A DNA stretch of 64,000 bases from Polyangiaceae bacterium (GCA_050287085.1 JBNKBE010000007.1:32001-96000), one strand, 5' to 3'; positions 46,780-56,861 are shown, counted from the first letter of the stretch. The notes: generated from the letters alone by a model not told the origin. Numbers and translations are program-made.

Positions 46780-47858
46780 CAGTCTTGCTTCTCGGGTGGT
46801 GACAAGCGCGTGATCCGCACCCCGAGTTCACCATCAACGACAACGAGGTCACCACTGGCCACGACGCGCCCAGCGACCCGCAAGGTAATGGGTCCGCCGC
46901 TTGCCAGACCCGTTTCGAGCACGTCTCCTTCGCGCAAGGAGAGCCAGTCCGCAGCCGATAGCGTCGCGCTTCCCATCTCGAGGCGCACGGTCAGGGGCGC
47001 GTCAAGAATCTGCTGCTCTCGCTCTTTGGCATCCACACCGTCATCAGTCATCGGCCACTCCTCTTCCTCGTGCTCCGCGTTTGCGCCTGGCAGTCGCATC
47101 CATTTTTTGCAGATCGTCTGCTGCGCACAATGGAAGGATAGACCGAGCGTACCGTTCTGCGCGACGCCAAGCCTGCGGCCCCAGCCCTTGTCGTCAATCC
47201 AAAGACCCGCGCCAACCATCCACACATCCCCAACCCGCAGGGACTCGAGCTCAGCGACCGTCAGCGAAGATAGCCCGACGACAAGCGGCAGGCATACCGG
47301 TACCTGTGCCAAGGGACGCCGAAAGGTTCCGGACGCAGGGGCCTTCAACACCTCGACGTACCCGTTGAAGGCCCGACGGTCCAGGCTCACCCAATAGTCG
47401 AAGCGGAGTCGAGGCTCATGCTCGCCGACCGCCGCGATCTGAGGCGGCTCCCCGATGGTAGCCCTCCGCAGCGCCTCCACCACCACCGCTCCAAACGCAG
47501 CCTCGAGGCCGGGCTCCAGCGACTTGCCGGAATCCACGTTCACGACATGCCCGAGCACCCGAGACACCAGCGCGACCGCGCCCGCGGGTTCGAGCGCAAG
47601 GCGTACGAGTCCACCGCGAAACGCCAAGTCCACCCGCGCCGTGGGCCCGAGCCTAGGTCCGAGCGCGAGGCCAAACTCCACGGCATCGTACGCCCCCAGC
47701 TCTCGCAGACTCGCAGCCAGACGCCCCCGGTCGACCGCAGCGAGGCCTTGACGCAAGCGGCGTTGCTCCCGAAGCTCGCTCCGCGAGAGGGTGGGCAACG
47801 CCAGCCAATCATAAGCCCTGACGCGCCCAGGGGACTCTGGCCAGTTCAGCGGAGTCAT
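46779..47858 (-). CDS. SctQ (YscQ/HrcQ)/FliM-FliN family cytoplasmic-ring protein
   Basis: Two SPOA-like segments: LTVAELESLRVGDV and APLTVRLEMG..LREGDVL..VASGDLVVVDGELGVRIT. Confidence 0.85.
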   Translation of the reverse strand: MTPLNWPESPGRVRAYDWLALPTLSRSELREQRRLRQGLAAVDRGRLAASLRELGAYDAVEFGLALGPRLGPTARVDLAFRGGLVRLALEPAGAVALVSRVLGHVVNVDSGKSLEPGLEAAFGAVVVEALRRATIGEPPQIAAVGEHEPRLRFDYWVSLDRRAFNGYVEVLKAPASGTFRRPLAQVPVCLPLVVGLSSLTVAELESLRVGDVWMVGAGLWIDDKGWGRRLGVAQNGTLGLSFHCAQQTICKKWMRLPGANAEHEEEEWPMTDDGVDAKEREQQILDAPLTVRLEMGSATLSAADWLSLREGDVLETGLASGGPITLRVAGRVVASGDLVVVDGELGVRITRLSPPEKQD

Positions 47859-50800
47859 GGCTCGCTCGCCGCGGTGGCGGGAGAGACCACCACCGGTGCC
47901 TCCAACAAGGCCGCTGCCCGGCGGACGAAGTCCGCAAACGCGGGATAGTCGCTCGCTGCGATGCGCGACGCCGGAAGCGTCAAGGCACGGTCGAGAATCA
48001 GTTGCCCACCTTCAAGCCGATCGGAGACCGCGACGCGGTAGCGCCCAAGTTCCACGCTACGCGGTGGCTCCACACGTGCCGAGAACCCTTCCGGCAAAGT
48101 GAGTCGCGCAATTGTCCGCTCTTCGCGACCAGGTACCAACAACATGGCCGTCGTTCGCTCCGATGTGCGAGCCAGCTGACTGACGCGAAAAGTGAACGGC
48201 AATTCCAGATACAACTCACGATTCGCGACCCGGGCAAATACCCCCGACTCGGCAGATATTCGCACCCGTACAGGCCTCCTAGGTGTGTCTACGCCCAGAA
48301 GCGAATGCCGGCTCACCCGCGCACCCGTGACTCCCGCCAGCTTGGCCTCGATCACCTCTCGCAGACGCTTCGGCGGGACCTCGCGCAACGCTTGCCTCAG
48401 CCCAGCCGCATACAGTCCCGTGTAGGTCTGCTCCAAGTCGTAGCTCAGGCTGCCGTCCGCCCCCAAGACCCCTGAGAGCTCGTACTCGATGGCGTCGGCG
48501 TGAGCTGCCTCGGGAAGCCGAACGGCCTGAGTCTCACCCGAGTCGAGCACATAGGCCTCGGCCCCACGCAGCCCCGGAGGCAGATAACCGTAGGGAACAT
48601 CATCGATCACGATCCAGTCCGGATCGCTCTCGCCCACGCGAAACACGGTACTGCTGTACGCCATGGCCCGCGCACCCGGCGTGGTCGGCTCGCGCGCGAG
48701 CCGGTTCCTACCCACCGCCCAGCGCACAGGCACGCCCACTGCATCCGCCAACGCTTTGAACGCCCGAAAGCGGTTGCCGTGCTTGCCGATGACAACCTTT
48801 CGCCCGTCCAGCTCGTCGCCGGCCTGCACATTGTCCACCACCCACTCAAAGAGCTTTCGTGCCCGTTGCTTCGCACCGTCCCGGGGCAGGCCGGCGACGA
48901 TGGCTTTTGCGATCCGTCGCAACCGCGGGTCAACGGGCACGAGTGGCCGCACGCTGCTGCCGAGCGCGTGTAGTCGGCGCCGCAATGTCAAACCCCAAGA
49001 CGCTTGCACGCTCGGTAGGGATTCTACCAAGGGCACGCTGAAGGGCTCGCTCGCAGCCGCCGGGGTATCATCCATCCGCCAGCGTCGCGCTACATAATAG
49101 CCCTCGTTCGTCACCACTGGCTCGACGACGCTTCCGGTAACTTCAATCTCCAACGGCTTATGCGCGGGAGTGAGCAGAACGAACTCGCTCCGAGCATAAG
49201 CCACGTCCGGCTCGCGGAACATCCAGCGGGGGCCTTCGTATGCAGCGCCGCCCGTCGGAGCCGTTGTCAACACGCTCTCCGTCTCGATGTAGTCACCCAC
49301 CGCGAGATGGGGAAATGTCACCGTCGGCTTCTCTGCCACGTGTTCCGGCTCGAACGTGCGACCGTCGGGCTTGATGACCCGCATGTTCAAGTACTCGCCA
49401 CGGAGCTCCAGCTCCGCGAAACGCGCGATCGATTCCTCGGTTTCAAGGCGAACAATCTCGTGCTCCAGGAGCTCACTCGATCCGTCATCACGCACCCGCA
49501 CGGCCATATAGTCCAGGATTCGCGCCGCGATTCCGCCTATCCTTCGCCCACTTGCCTCCCACTGACGAATTACGTCGAAGCCGTTCAGGCGGTACTGCGC
49601 CAACGGCGACACACCTTCGCGTACCTCCTGTGCCGTTTGCAGATTGCGCGTATCAGCCCCCGCCAACACGGCTTCCGCCCACACGCCTTCCGCTCCTTCC
49701 GGGTCGCCCTCCGCGAGGTGCAGGTCGTATAGCGCCAACACGGTGTCGGTATCGCGCGGCTCCAGCTCGAGCCGCTTCAACCACACATCCTTGACATCGC
49801 TTGGTCGACGGCTCTGGGTAACCGCAAGGCGGAAAGCTTGTTCGCGGAGCGCATCGTCGTCAGGCCTGCTGAGGCGCAGTCGTTCGAGTTCACGCTTGGC
49901 GACGCCAAAGTCCTCTGCGGCCAGCGCGCGCTGCAACACGATGCCGTTGTCCGGATCGATCGCCAGCGCGCGCTCCCGAAAGGACTCGGCTCCACCGCTC
50001 TGACCCCGCGCACTGAGCGCTTCGGCTGCGTCGAGCAGCGCTCCGGGCGAGGCCGGAAAGCGCCGCGCTCGTTGCAGCAAGACCGCCTCTTGTTCGACGC
50101 GCCAACCCAGCTCCCCGTACACCCTCGCGAGCTCCTCCAGGAACCCCGGCACCTCCGGATAGCGCTCCGCCAACGACACCAATCGCTCCGCCATCGCTAC
50201 CAATCCTTCGCTGGCGGTGTTGGCAGCCGCGACCTGCGTCTCGGACGCCCACAGATGAGGATCTCGTGCGATAGCCAGCTGATAGAGCTCACGAGCCAGG
50301 TCGCGTCGTTGAGAATCGTCGAATAGCGGGTCCTGAGCCGCGACGCGCGCCGCTAGCTCGAGCGCCGGGCCAGCCGCCTCCCGCGGCGCCTTGACCAGTG
50401 GCTCGAGCAAGAGCGCCGCCACCTCGGTTTCATCACGCTCCAAGCTGAGAAGGGCAGCAGCCACCGCCTTCAAGGGGTCGCGTGGCGGGTGTACATCTTG
50501 CTCCGTTACATAGCGCGCGAGCGGGTTGGCTTGGACCTGACCTGGAGGCGCCAACACGGGGAGCGTATGCTCCCACTCGGATAGCCACGTCACCGAGGCG
50601 GCCTTGCCGTCCGTAGCGAGGACACGAAGTCGGGTCTCCGCACTTGGCAAACGCGCTACCACCCGGTGAACACCCGACTCTAGACGCAGCCCCGCGAGCG
50701 TGTCGAGTCCCGTCGCCCAACGGCTTGGACTGCGATCTAGCACCAAACGGCCATCCACCCATACCCGGGCCGCGTTCTGGACCTCCAGCACGACGCTGCG

Positions 50801-51601
50801 AGCCTGCTCCAGCCGAAACATCGCGTCCACATAATACACCCCGGGCTTAGTCCCCGGAGCAAAGAGACGGCAGCCATGGACCTCTGCCCGACGAGTATCC
50901 GCTCGCTCAGCGCTGAGCGGATCCCGGTCGAATAGGCGAGGCCATACATCAAGCGTCTCGGGCGCAAAGCTGCGCCCCAGTTCCGCACTATGACCACCAC
51001 CGAAAGGCCCCGCGAAGCGCGCGTAGGGACCGCAGCCAAGCTGGTGAGCGACGAAGTTTGCGATGTCGCCTTCGCCGCTTCGCTGGCGCGCCCGCAGCGC
51101 GAACGAAACCAAGCGATCCCTGGCGCCCACCCCGAGACCCCCCGGCGCTTCCAACGCACCCAAGACCCAGGGGCCCCATTCATTCCAGAGCGCCTCATCG
51201 TCCACAGAGTAGAAGAGCGCCTGCTGAATCGAGAACTCGCCCAGCAGCGCAGCGTCCGGGCCGCCTACACGACGAGCCACTTCCGCCGCCCGCAGGAAGT
51301 GTCCTGGGGCGCTGACGAGACGGCCGTGAAAGGCCGCATCAAGCCCCCGCAACACGTGTGCTTCCAGGCTCATCGCTCGGCTGCTATCGAGCGCCGCGCG
51401 AGCCCGACTGGCCTGCACAGGATCACCCCCAGGCAGCAACAGCTCGCGCTTGAGCCAACGCGTCGCGTCGCTGGGCGTAGCGGCCCCCTCGTGGCGCCAG
51501 CGCTGGTCGGCGGCGGGCTCGTGGACCCGTCGCGCACTCCCCGTGCAGGCGCTCACCGCAAGCGCGATCGCCCAAATGAAGCCAGCGCAGCGAGTCGTCA
51601 T
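47855..51601 (-). CDS. Giant TPR + DUF3857 + transglutaminase-like lipoprotein lacking the catalytic Cys
   Basis: VSAC lipobox, GPF carbohydrate-binding-like segment, TPRs, VIKPDG/FP.L.VGDYIE (DUF3857). GNRFRAF sits where GxC is expected. Confidence 0.8.
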   Translation of the reverse strand: MTTRCAGFIWAIALAVSACTGSARRVHEPAADQRWRHEGAATPSDATRWLKRELLLPGGDPVQASRARAALDSSRAMSLEAHVLRGLDAAFHGRLVSAPGHFLRAAEVARRVGGPDAALLGEFSIQQALFYSVDDEALWNEWGPWVLGALEAPGGLGVGARDRLVSFALRARQRSGEGDIANFVAHQLGCGPYARFAGPFGGGHSAELGRSFAPETLDVWPRLFDRDPLSAERADTRRAEVHGCRLFAPGTKPGVYYVDAMFRLEQARSVVLEVQNAARVWVDGRLVLDRSPSRWATGLDTLAGLRLESGVHRVVARLPSAETRLRVLATDGKAASVTWLSEWEHTLPVLAPPGQVQANPLARYVTEQDVHPPRDPLKAVAAALLSLERDETEVAALLLEPLVKAPREAAGPALELAARVAAQDPLFDDSQRRDLARELYQLAIARDPHLWASETQVAAANTASEGLVAMAERLVSLAERYPEVPGFLEELARVYGELGWRVEQEAVLLQRARRFPASPGALLDAAEALSARGQSGGAESFRERALAIDPDNGIVLQRALAAEDFGVAKRELERLRLSRPDDDALREQAFRLAVTQSRRPSDVKDVWLKRLELEPRDTDTVLALYDLHLAEGDPEGAEGVWAEAVLAGADTRNLQTAQEVREGVSPLAQYRLNGFDVIRQWEASGRRIGGIAARILDYMAVRVRDDGSSELLEHEIVRLETEESIARFAELELRGEYLNMRVIKPDGRTFEPEHVAEKPTVTFPHLAVGDYIETESVLTTAPTGGAAYEGPRWMFREPDVAYARSEFVLLTPAHKPLEIEVTGSVVEPVVTNEGYYVARRWRMDDTPAAASEPFSVPLVESLPSVQASWGLTLRRRLHALGSSVRPLVPVDPRLRRIAKAIVAGLPRDGAKQRARKLFEWVVDNVQAGDELDGRKVVIGKHGNRFRAFKALADAVGVPVRWAVGRNRLAREPTTPGARAMAYSSTVFRVGESDPDWIVIDDVPYGYLPPGLRGAEAYVLDSGETQAVRLPEAAHADAIEYELSGVLGADGSLSYDLEQTYTGLYAAGLRQALREVPPKRLREVIEAKLAGVTGARVSRHSLLGVDTPRRPVRVRISAESGVFARVANRELYLELPFTFRVSQLARTSERTTAMLLVPGREERTIARLTLPEGFSARVEPPRSVELGRYRVAVSDRLEGGQLILDRALTLPASRIAASDYPAFADFVRRAAALLEAPVVVSPATAASEP

Positions 51602-54600
51602 AGCGAGACCGTCGCAGTCTCTGCCAGCGCCGCGTCCGCCGCCAGACAAAAGGCGCGAAAGGCTGGATAGTCGCGAGGCTCCACCCGTTGAACATCAAGC
51701 CACAGCTTCGAGTGGGCATGTAGGCTACCGTTTTCCACCGTAACGATCCGCTCGAAACCGCCAAAGCGCGTCCGCAGCGAAGCCTCCTTGGGCAAGCTAG
51801 CTACGCGCCCGCCGGGCGGGAGCCGAATGTGGTAGTCGCGCTCGACCGTCCCAAAAGCCTCCAGGTCCACGGGGTGCCGGCGCGTGGCCAGCGAAGCAAA
51901 GCGGTCGACAAGTCCCAACTTGGGCGCGAGCGGCACACGCGCAGTACCTGCCTCTCGCCAAAAAAGGCGGGGCACCACGCCACGCGCTGCACCCGTCACG
52001 GGGCGTTCGTAGTCCTCAGCTTGTAGCCGAACGCTGCTCGGTTGTATTTCGACGCCGGGAAACTCCGCGTTGAGCTGTCCCGCTAGACGCGCCGCGCGCG
52101 TCGAGGGCGATGCAAGTCGTTGACGCCACGCGCTTGCCCTTATGCCACTCACCTCAAACGTCGCATCAAACTCGGCCTGACCCTCCACTCCGAGCGCGAG
52201 GTGAACGCGCAGACTGTCACGGTTGTCACGCGCCGCCATCACCGGCAACACAACGGGACGCGCCTGCGCGGGCCCCACGCGAAGCGCCATTGCGCCCTGA
52301 TCCATAGCCGGGAGCTCCCCTGTTCCGGTCGCAACGGCGGTGCCGTCGAGGTATAGATCAAGACTCGGCACGTAGGCGATCGCGTGATCGAAGGGAGCCA
52401 GGCTGGCGACCTTCGAATCAAAGCGCCCGCGTAGTCCGGTCCGTACCAGAACCAGCTCGGCATCGATCCCCACCTCTTTGAGCAAGGCCACGATGACCGT
52501 CGCCTTGTCTTTGCAGTCGCCAAAGCCCCGCGCCACGGTCTGCACGCAGCGCCTTGGCTTGATGCCCCAAATGCCGAACTCCAGCGCCACATAGCGAGTA
52601 TTGTCGATCACCCAGCGGTAGATCGCCGCCACCTTCGCTCGCGCGTCAGGCGCGTCCTTCACCAGCTTGTGCGCCAGCTGTCGAGTCGTATCATCCAATT
52701 CAAACTGGTCTCGCACCAGGCCCCAGTACCAACGCCCCAGGGAATCATAGCTGTCGTAAGTCGACACATGCACAAAAGGAACCACCTCAGGCCAGGGTGG
52801 CATTCCAGGCTCGGCGTCCAAGGCAGGCACGGCATGTCGCTGAAAGCGCATGATGCGTTGCCCGTCCCGAACGAAGCTCGCCCTCTGCAGATCGGGCATG
52901 CCATGAACATCAATGTAGAAAGTTCGATGCTCGGGCGTAATCAGCACGTACTCGGCGCGCTGGATCGAGCTGCCATCCTGAAAGTAGTGGATGTCGCCAA
53001 AGTAGTCTCCGTGCTCATTGCGAGACGCAACGTCCTCAATCCGGTACTGAAGCTCCACGACATCGCCTGCTTCTAGCCGGGGGAATTGAACATTGTAGGT
53101 GCGAGCTGAAGTGTACATGGAGATCGACGGATCGTTGGCCTCACCCACGCCTGTTTCGATCGCCCGATCAACACGCCCATCGGTTCGATACACCTTGGCG
53201 CCCCGGAGCTGTACGCGCTGCGTCGAGGCCTCGAACTGGAAGCTATAACTGCGAGCCAGAGCGGCAGCCGCCGACGTCAGCGGCTGAAAGGCAATCTGCC
53301 TGAACTCGTGACTCAGGCCATTGTCGTAGACGGTCTTCACCGTCAGATCGAGCAGCTCACGGTGTACCTCGCCGGAAGCGTCTGCATTCCGCCTCGCTAG
53401 AAAGTCCGCTGCCGGAACAGCAAACGACTCATCCAGCTGGGCTGCCTGCGGCTCCAAGAAAGCAATATACTGCTGAACATCGCCATCCTGGGGTCGCAAT
53501 TCCGCCACGGCCCGGAGAGAGCGCAGCTGCTCGGCCCGATCTCCAAGCAGGCCCTGCAGATCCGCCAGCGCACTCAATACGCCTACGTCGTTCGGTGCAT
53601 AGAGCAAAGCGCGCTCCAACTCAGCGCGCGCTCGACCGTGTTCCCCGAGCTGCAGATAGGCATCCGCTACCTGCTCGCTCACCCACGCGCTATCTGGCTG
53701 TGTTTCGGCCAGCCGCTGCGCGAAGTGACGCACGGCGTAAGCGTGACCCCGATTGAGTGCCAGTTGCATGCGCGAGCGCAGATACTCGGGATCGTCCGCG
53801 CGAAACAGCGCATACCGATCCTCCGCCATGCGTGCCGCTTCCAGCATGCCTAGCCCGCGCAGCTCGCTCGCGTGCAGATTCAGCAAGTTGACGCAATATG
53901 GCGCTCGCTCAAGAGCGCGCTCAATAGCCACCAGCGCCACGCGCCGAAGCCCCACGCGTCGAAGAATCTCAACATAGCCCCCAAGCACCTCCACATCCGT
54001 CGGATGCTCTTGCAAGGCCTTCTCAAAGAGACGCGCTGCGCTGCGCCAATCCACGCTGCCGCGTTCGAGCTCAGCTCGGCCGCGGAGAACTCGATAATGC
54101 TCCTCGGCACTTGTCGCGACCGCTTCGGCCCGCTCGATCCACCGCCGCGCCTGGTTTCCATCCTCCGCCAATCCCGCGGCGAGCAACAACTCACGCGTCC
54201 CTGGACGAAGCTCTACGGCGCGCAGTGCGAGGTCACGTGCCTGCTCCTGCGCGGGATCCTCACCATGGCTTTGCGCAAGATATTTAGCAAATTGGTAGTG
54301 AGCATTCGCATCCTCGGGAGCCTTTGCGATCCACCCGTCAAACTCAGGCAATGTGCCCGTCACGGGGCCATGCGGGCGCACGGGCTGGCTCGGGGGCTGC
54401 ATAGCAGCCGCTAGTGACCAATCGGCCAGCGCGGTCACGGCTCCGCCCTGTGAGTCCGTTATGCGCAAACTCACGATCGGGGCCAACTCAGTCCCACAGG
54501 CCTTGAGCGTGATGGCGTGCAAGCCTGCCGGCGCGTCCACCTCACGTCGCAAACGATCGACGTCATGACCGCGATACGCCGCTTCTTCGAGCACGGTGAC

Positions 54601-55248
54601 ATCGTCAACATACAGTCGAAACGCGCCGCGCACGCCCGCACTCAAACGCAAGCGCCGAGGTTGCTCGAGCTGTACGTAGGTGCGCGCGTAGAAGCAGACG
54701 TTCTCAGCGGGACGAAATAGCGAAGCTGCGTTGAGCCACCCGAGCTCCGCTGCGCTCGTCGGAAGGCTCCGAAAGCGCACCGCACGCGACTTTCCGGAGA
54801 ACGCCCGCGCTTCGGATAGCGGTACGGTCAACTGGGCCTCCGGCCCGTAGCCCGTAGCGAATCCGTGCTTTCCTTCGTTATCGAACGGGCCAGCAACATG
54901 CCAACTGTTGACGTATCCAAGGGAGCGTATTGCGTCGCGAGCACCCGCAATATCGCCCAGACGTGTGCGGGCATGTGCGGCAAAGAACGCTGCGTATTCG
55001 CGTACCGACGACGGCAGGGTTTCATCGGAAGCCACGCGCCGAAGCGCTGCATCAACGGCCCGTGGGTCCTCACCGCTACCCCACTTGCCCCAAATCTCTC
55101 GGACAATGACGTAAGCTTCGGGGCCCTGCTGGACGTTGATCTGCTCAACCAAGTCTTCAACAGACGGTGGCTGGCCCCAGGCCCGGCCAGCCATGGAGCA
55201 GATGACCAACGCACAAATCAGCCAGAGGCGCAAATGCAACCCTACCAC
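51598..55248 (-). CDS. Giant TPR + DUF3857 + transglutaminase-like exported protein
   Basis: GGAGG + GTG start at 55248, W.VAGPFDN, TPRs, FPRLEAGDVVE, and an intact GDCKDKA / FDHAI / YLDGT triad. Confidence 0.9.
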   Translation of the reverse strand: MVGLHLRLWLICALVICSMAGRAWGQPPSVEDLVEQINVQQGPEAYVIVREIWGKWGSGEDPRAVDAALRRVASDETLPSSVREYAAFFAAHARTRLGDIAGARDAIRSLGYVNSWHVAGPFDNEGKHGFATGYGPEAQLTVPLSEARAFSGKSRAVRFRSLPTSAAELGWLNAASLFRPAENVCFYARTYVQLEQPRRLRLSAGVRGAFRLYVDDVTVLEEAAYRGHDVDRLRREVDAPAGLHAITLKACGTELAPIVSLRITDSQGGAVTALADWSLAAAMQPPSQPVRPHGPVTGTLPEFDGWIAKAPEDANAHYQFAKYLAQSHGEDPAQEQARDLALRAVELRPGTRELLLAAGLAEDGNQARRWIERAEAVATSAEEHYRVLRGRAELERGSVDWRSAARLFEKALQEHPTDVEVLGGYVEILRRVGLRRVALVAIERALERAPYCVNLLNLHASELRGLGMLEAARMAEDRYALFRADDPEYLRSRMQLALNRGHAYAVRHFAQRLAETQPDSAWVSEQVADAYLQLGEHGRARAELERALLYAPNDVGVLSALADLQGLLGDRAEQLRSLRAVAELRPQDGDVQQYIAFLEPQAAQLDESFAVPAADFLARRNADASGEVHRELLDLTVKTVYDNGLSHEFRQIAFQPLTSAAAALARSYSFQFEASTQRVQLRGAKVYRTDGRVDRAIETGVGEANDPSISMYTSARTYNVQFPRLEAGDVVELQYRIEDVASRNEHGDYFGDIHYFQDGSSIQRAEYVLITPEHRTFYIDVHGMPDLQRASFVRDGQRIMRFQRHAVPALDAEPGMPPWPEVVPFVHVSTYDSYDSLGRWYWGLVRDQFELDDTTRQLAHKLVKDAPDARAKVAAIYRWVIDNTRYVALEFGIWGIKPRRCVQTVARGFGDCKDKATVIVALLKEVGIDAELVLVRTGLRGRFDSKVASLAPFDHAIAYVPSLDLYLDGTAVATGTGELPAMDQGAMALRVGPAQARPVVLPVMAARDNRDSLRVHLALGVEGQAEFDATFEVSGIRASAWRQRLASPSTRAARLAGQLNAEFPGVEIQPSSVRLQAEDYERPVTGAARGVVPRLFWREAGTARVPLAPKLGLVDRFASLATRRHPVDLEAFGTVERDYHIRLPPGGRVASLPKEASLRTRFGGFERIVTVENGSLHAHSKLWLDVQRVEPRDYPAFRAFCLAADAALAETATVSL

Positions 55249-55514
55249 CCTATGCCTCCCACACCGGCCGAGATGGACGCCAGTCGGCTCGCGTGGCCGA
55301 TCCTCCCGTTTCGAACACAAGCCCCATTGGGACCGTCGATTCGCTTGCTGGCACTGCACGCAAAGGCTACAAAATGGCTCGGCATTTGGTGGTTCTCAAA
55401 GTTCGATTGCTGCATCACGCTTGGAAACGGCAGGGGCTCAGATGAACCGTCCATCTCTTCACACTTTTCTCTGTTCGACGCTTGGTGTGGTACGGAGCCC
55501 GCGAAGGAGCGCAA

Positions 55515-55997
55515 ATGGTTAATCCGCAGATGGTGATGTACGAGGAGGAGTTCAACCAGATCCAAGCCGTGGTTGAGCGCCTGGTCCGTGAGGCCAACGC
55601 CAAGGTTGTCTTCATTGTCGACAAGAATGGACAACTCATCTCCGCAGCTGGTGAGGTGGAGAACATCGACACGACGTCGCTCGCCTCATTGACGGCTGGC
55701 AATATCGCAGCCACCGGCGGGATCGCCAAGCTCCTACGCGAGAATGAGTTCGCAACTCAATTTCACGAAGGTGAAAACGCCAACATCCACATCCAGCTGG
55801 TTGGCAACCGCGTGATTCTCGTAGTGATTTTCGATTCAAAGTCGAGCCTGGGTCTGGTCCGGCTCAGGGTGCGCAAGGCCTCAGACGAACTCACCCGCAT
55901 TTTCGACGCATTGCTGTCCAAAATGCAGGAGCCGGGGAGCGACTCACCCTTCGCAGAGATCACCGATGACGACATCGACAACCTCTTCAACGATTGA
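55515..55997 (+). CDS. mglB: Gliding-motility regulator MglB (Roadblock/LC7 GAP)
   Basis: MYEEEF, LVDKNGQLI-like VDKNGQLI, TTSLASLTAGNIAATGG, SSLGLVRLR, FAEITDDDIDNLF. AGGAG RBS. Confidence 0.97.
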   Translation: MVNPQMVMYEEEFNQIQAVVERLVREANAKVVFIVDKNGQLISAAGEVENIDTTSLASLTAGNIAATGGIAKLLRENEFATQFHEGENANIHIQLVGNRVILVVIFDSKSSLGLVRLRVRKASDELTRIFDALLSKMQEPGSDSPFAEITDDDIDNLFND

Positions 55998-56009
55998 GGG
56001 CCAGACTCC

Positions 56010-56603
56010 ATGAGTTTCATCAACTACATGGCTCGTGAGATCAATTGTAAGATCGTCTACTACGGGCCCGGCCTCTGCGGAAAGACCACGAACCTTCAGC
56101 ACATCTACGAGCGCACGAACCCCGAAGCCAAGGGCAAGATGATCAGTCTTGCCACCGAAACGGAGCGCACTCTCTTTTTTGACTTCTTGCCCCTCTCGCT
56201 GGGAGAAATCCGCGGCTTCAAGACGCGATTTCACCTCTACACAGTCCCCGGTCAGGTGTTCTACGACGCCAGTCGAAAGCTGATTCTCAAGGGCGTCGAC
56301 GGCGTCATCTTCGTCGCCGATTCACAGATTGAACGCCTCGAAGCAAACCAGGAAAGCGTTGAAAACCTCCGGATCAATCTGGAGGAACAGGGCTTTGACC
56401 TGGATAAGCTCCCCTACGTCATCCAGTACAACAAGCGCGATCTTCCCAACGCCATGGAGGTCGAAGAACTCCGTTCTTTGCTCAACCCAACCAATGTGCC
56501 GGACTTTGAAGCTTCCGCGCGAACCGGGGAGGGGGTGTTCGACACCCTCAAGGCCGTAAGCAAGCTAGTGCTGGGCGAGCTCCGTCGAGGCGCTGGCGGA
56601 TAA
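56010..56603 (+). CDS. mglA: Gliding-motility Ras-like GTPase MglA
   Basis: [38 protein letters not shown]. Confidence 0.98.
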   Translation: MSFINYMAREINCKIVYYGPGLCGKTTNLQHIYERTNPEAKGKMISLATETERTLFFDFLPLSLGEIRGFKTRFHLYTVPGQVFYDASRKLILKGVDGVIFVADSQIERLEANQESVENLRINLEEQGFDLDKLPYVIQYNKRDLPNAMEVEELRSLLNPTNVPDFEASARTGEGVFDTLKAVSKLVLGELRRGAGG

Positions 56604-56615
56604 CGTCTTACGCCA

Positions 56616-56646
56616 CGCCCGCCCGCGTCAGCTGCGGGGGCGGGCG
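56616..56646 (+). terminator. GC-rich hairpin after mglA
   Basis: CGCCCGCCC...GGGCGGGCG inverted repeat 13 nt after the stop. No U-tract. Confidence 0.45.
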
Positions 56647-56722
56647 CAGCCGACTGGATACTGGCATCACCCCCCGAACGCGCACCCCAGGAAGGGCCAA
56701 GGCACGTCGGGAAGGGCTGAAA

Positions 56723-56740
56723 CGGAGAGCTGGCTCTCCG
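56723..56740 (-). terminator. Hairpin downstream of the small basic ORF
   Basis: CGGAGAGC/GCTCTCCG stem, followed by TTTC on the minus strand. Confidence 0.55.
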
Positions 56741-56747
56741 CAGCTTC

Positions 56748-56861
56748 TTACTTCTTCAGGCCCTGACGCCGACGGCGATTCTTTGCCTTCAGCTTTGCCT
56801 TCAACGTGCTGGTGGACTTGCGGCTCGTCTTGCGAGACTTCTTAGAGAGGGGAAGGTACAT
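56748..56861 (-). CDS. 37-aa highly basic protein (not in the ORF track)
   Basis: Hand translation MYLPLSKKSRKTSRKSTSTLKAKLKAKNRRRRQGLKK*. TAAAGT element upstream, hairpin downstream. Confidence 0.75.
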   Translation of the reverse strand: MYLPLSKKSRKTSRKSTSTLKAKLKAKNRRRRQGLKK

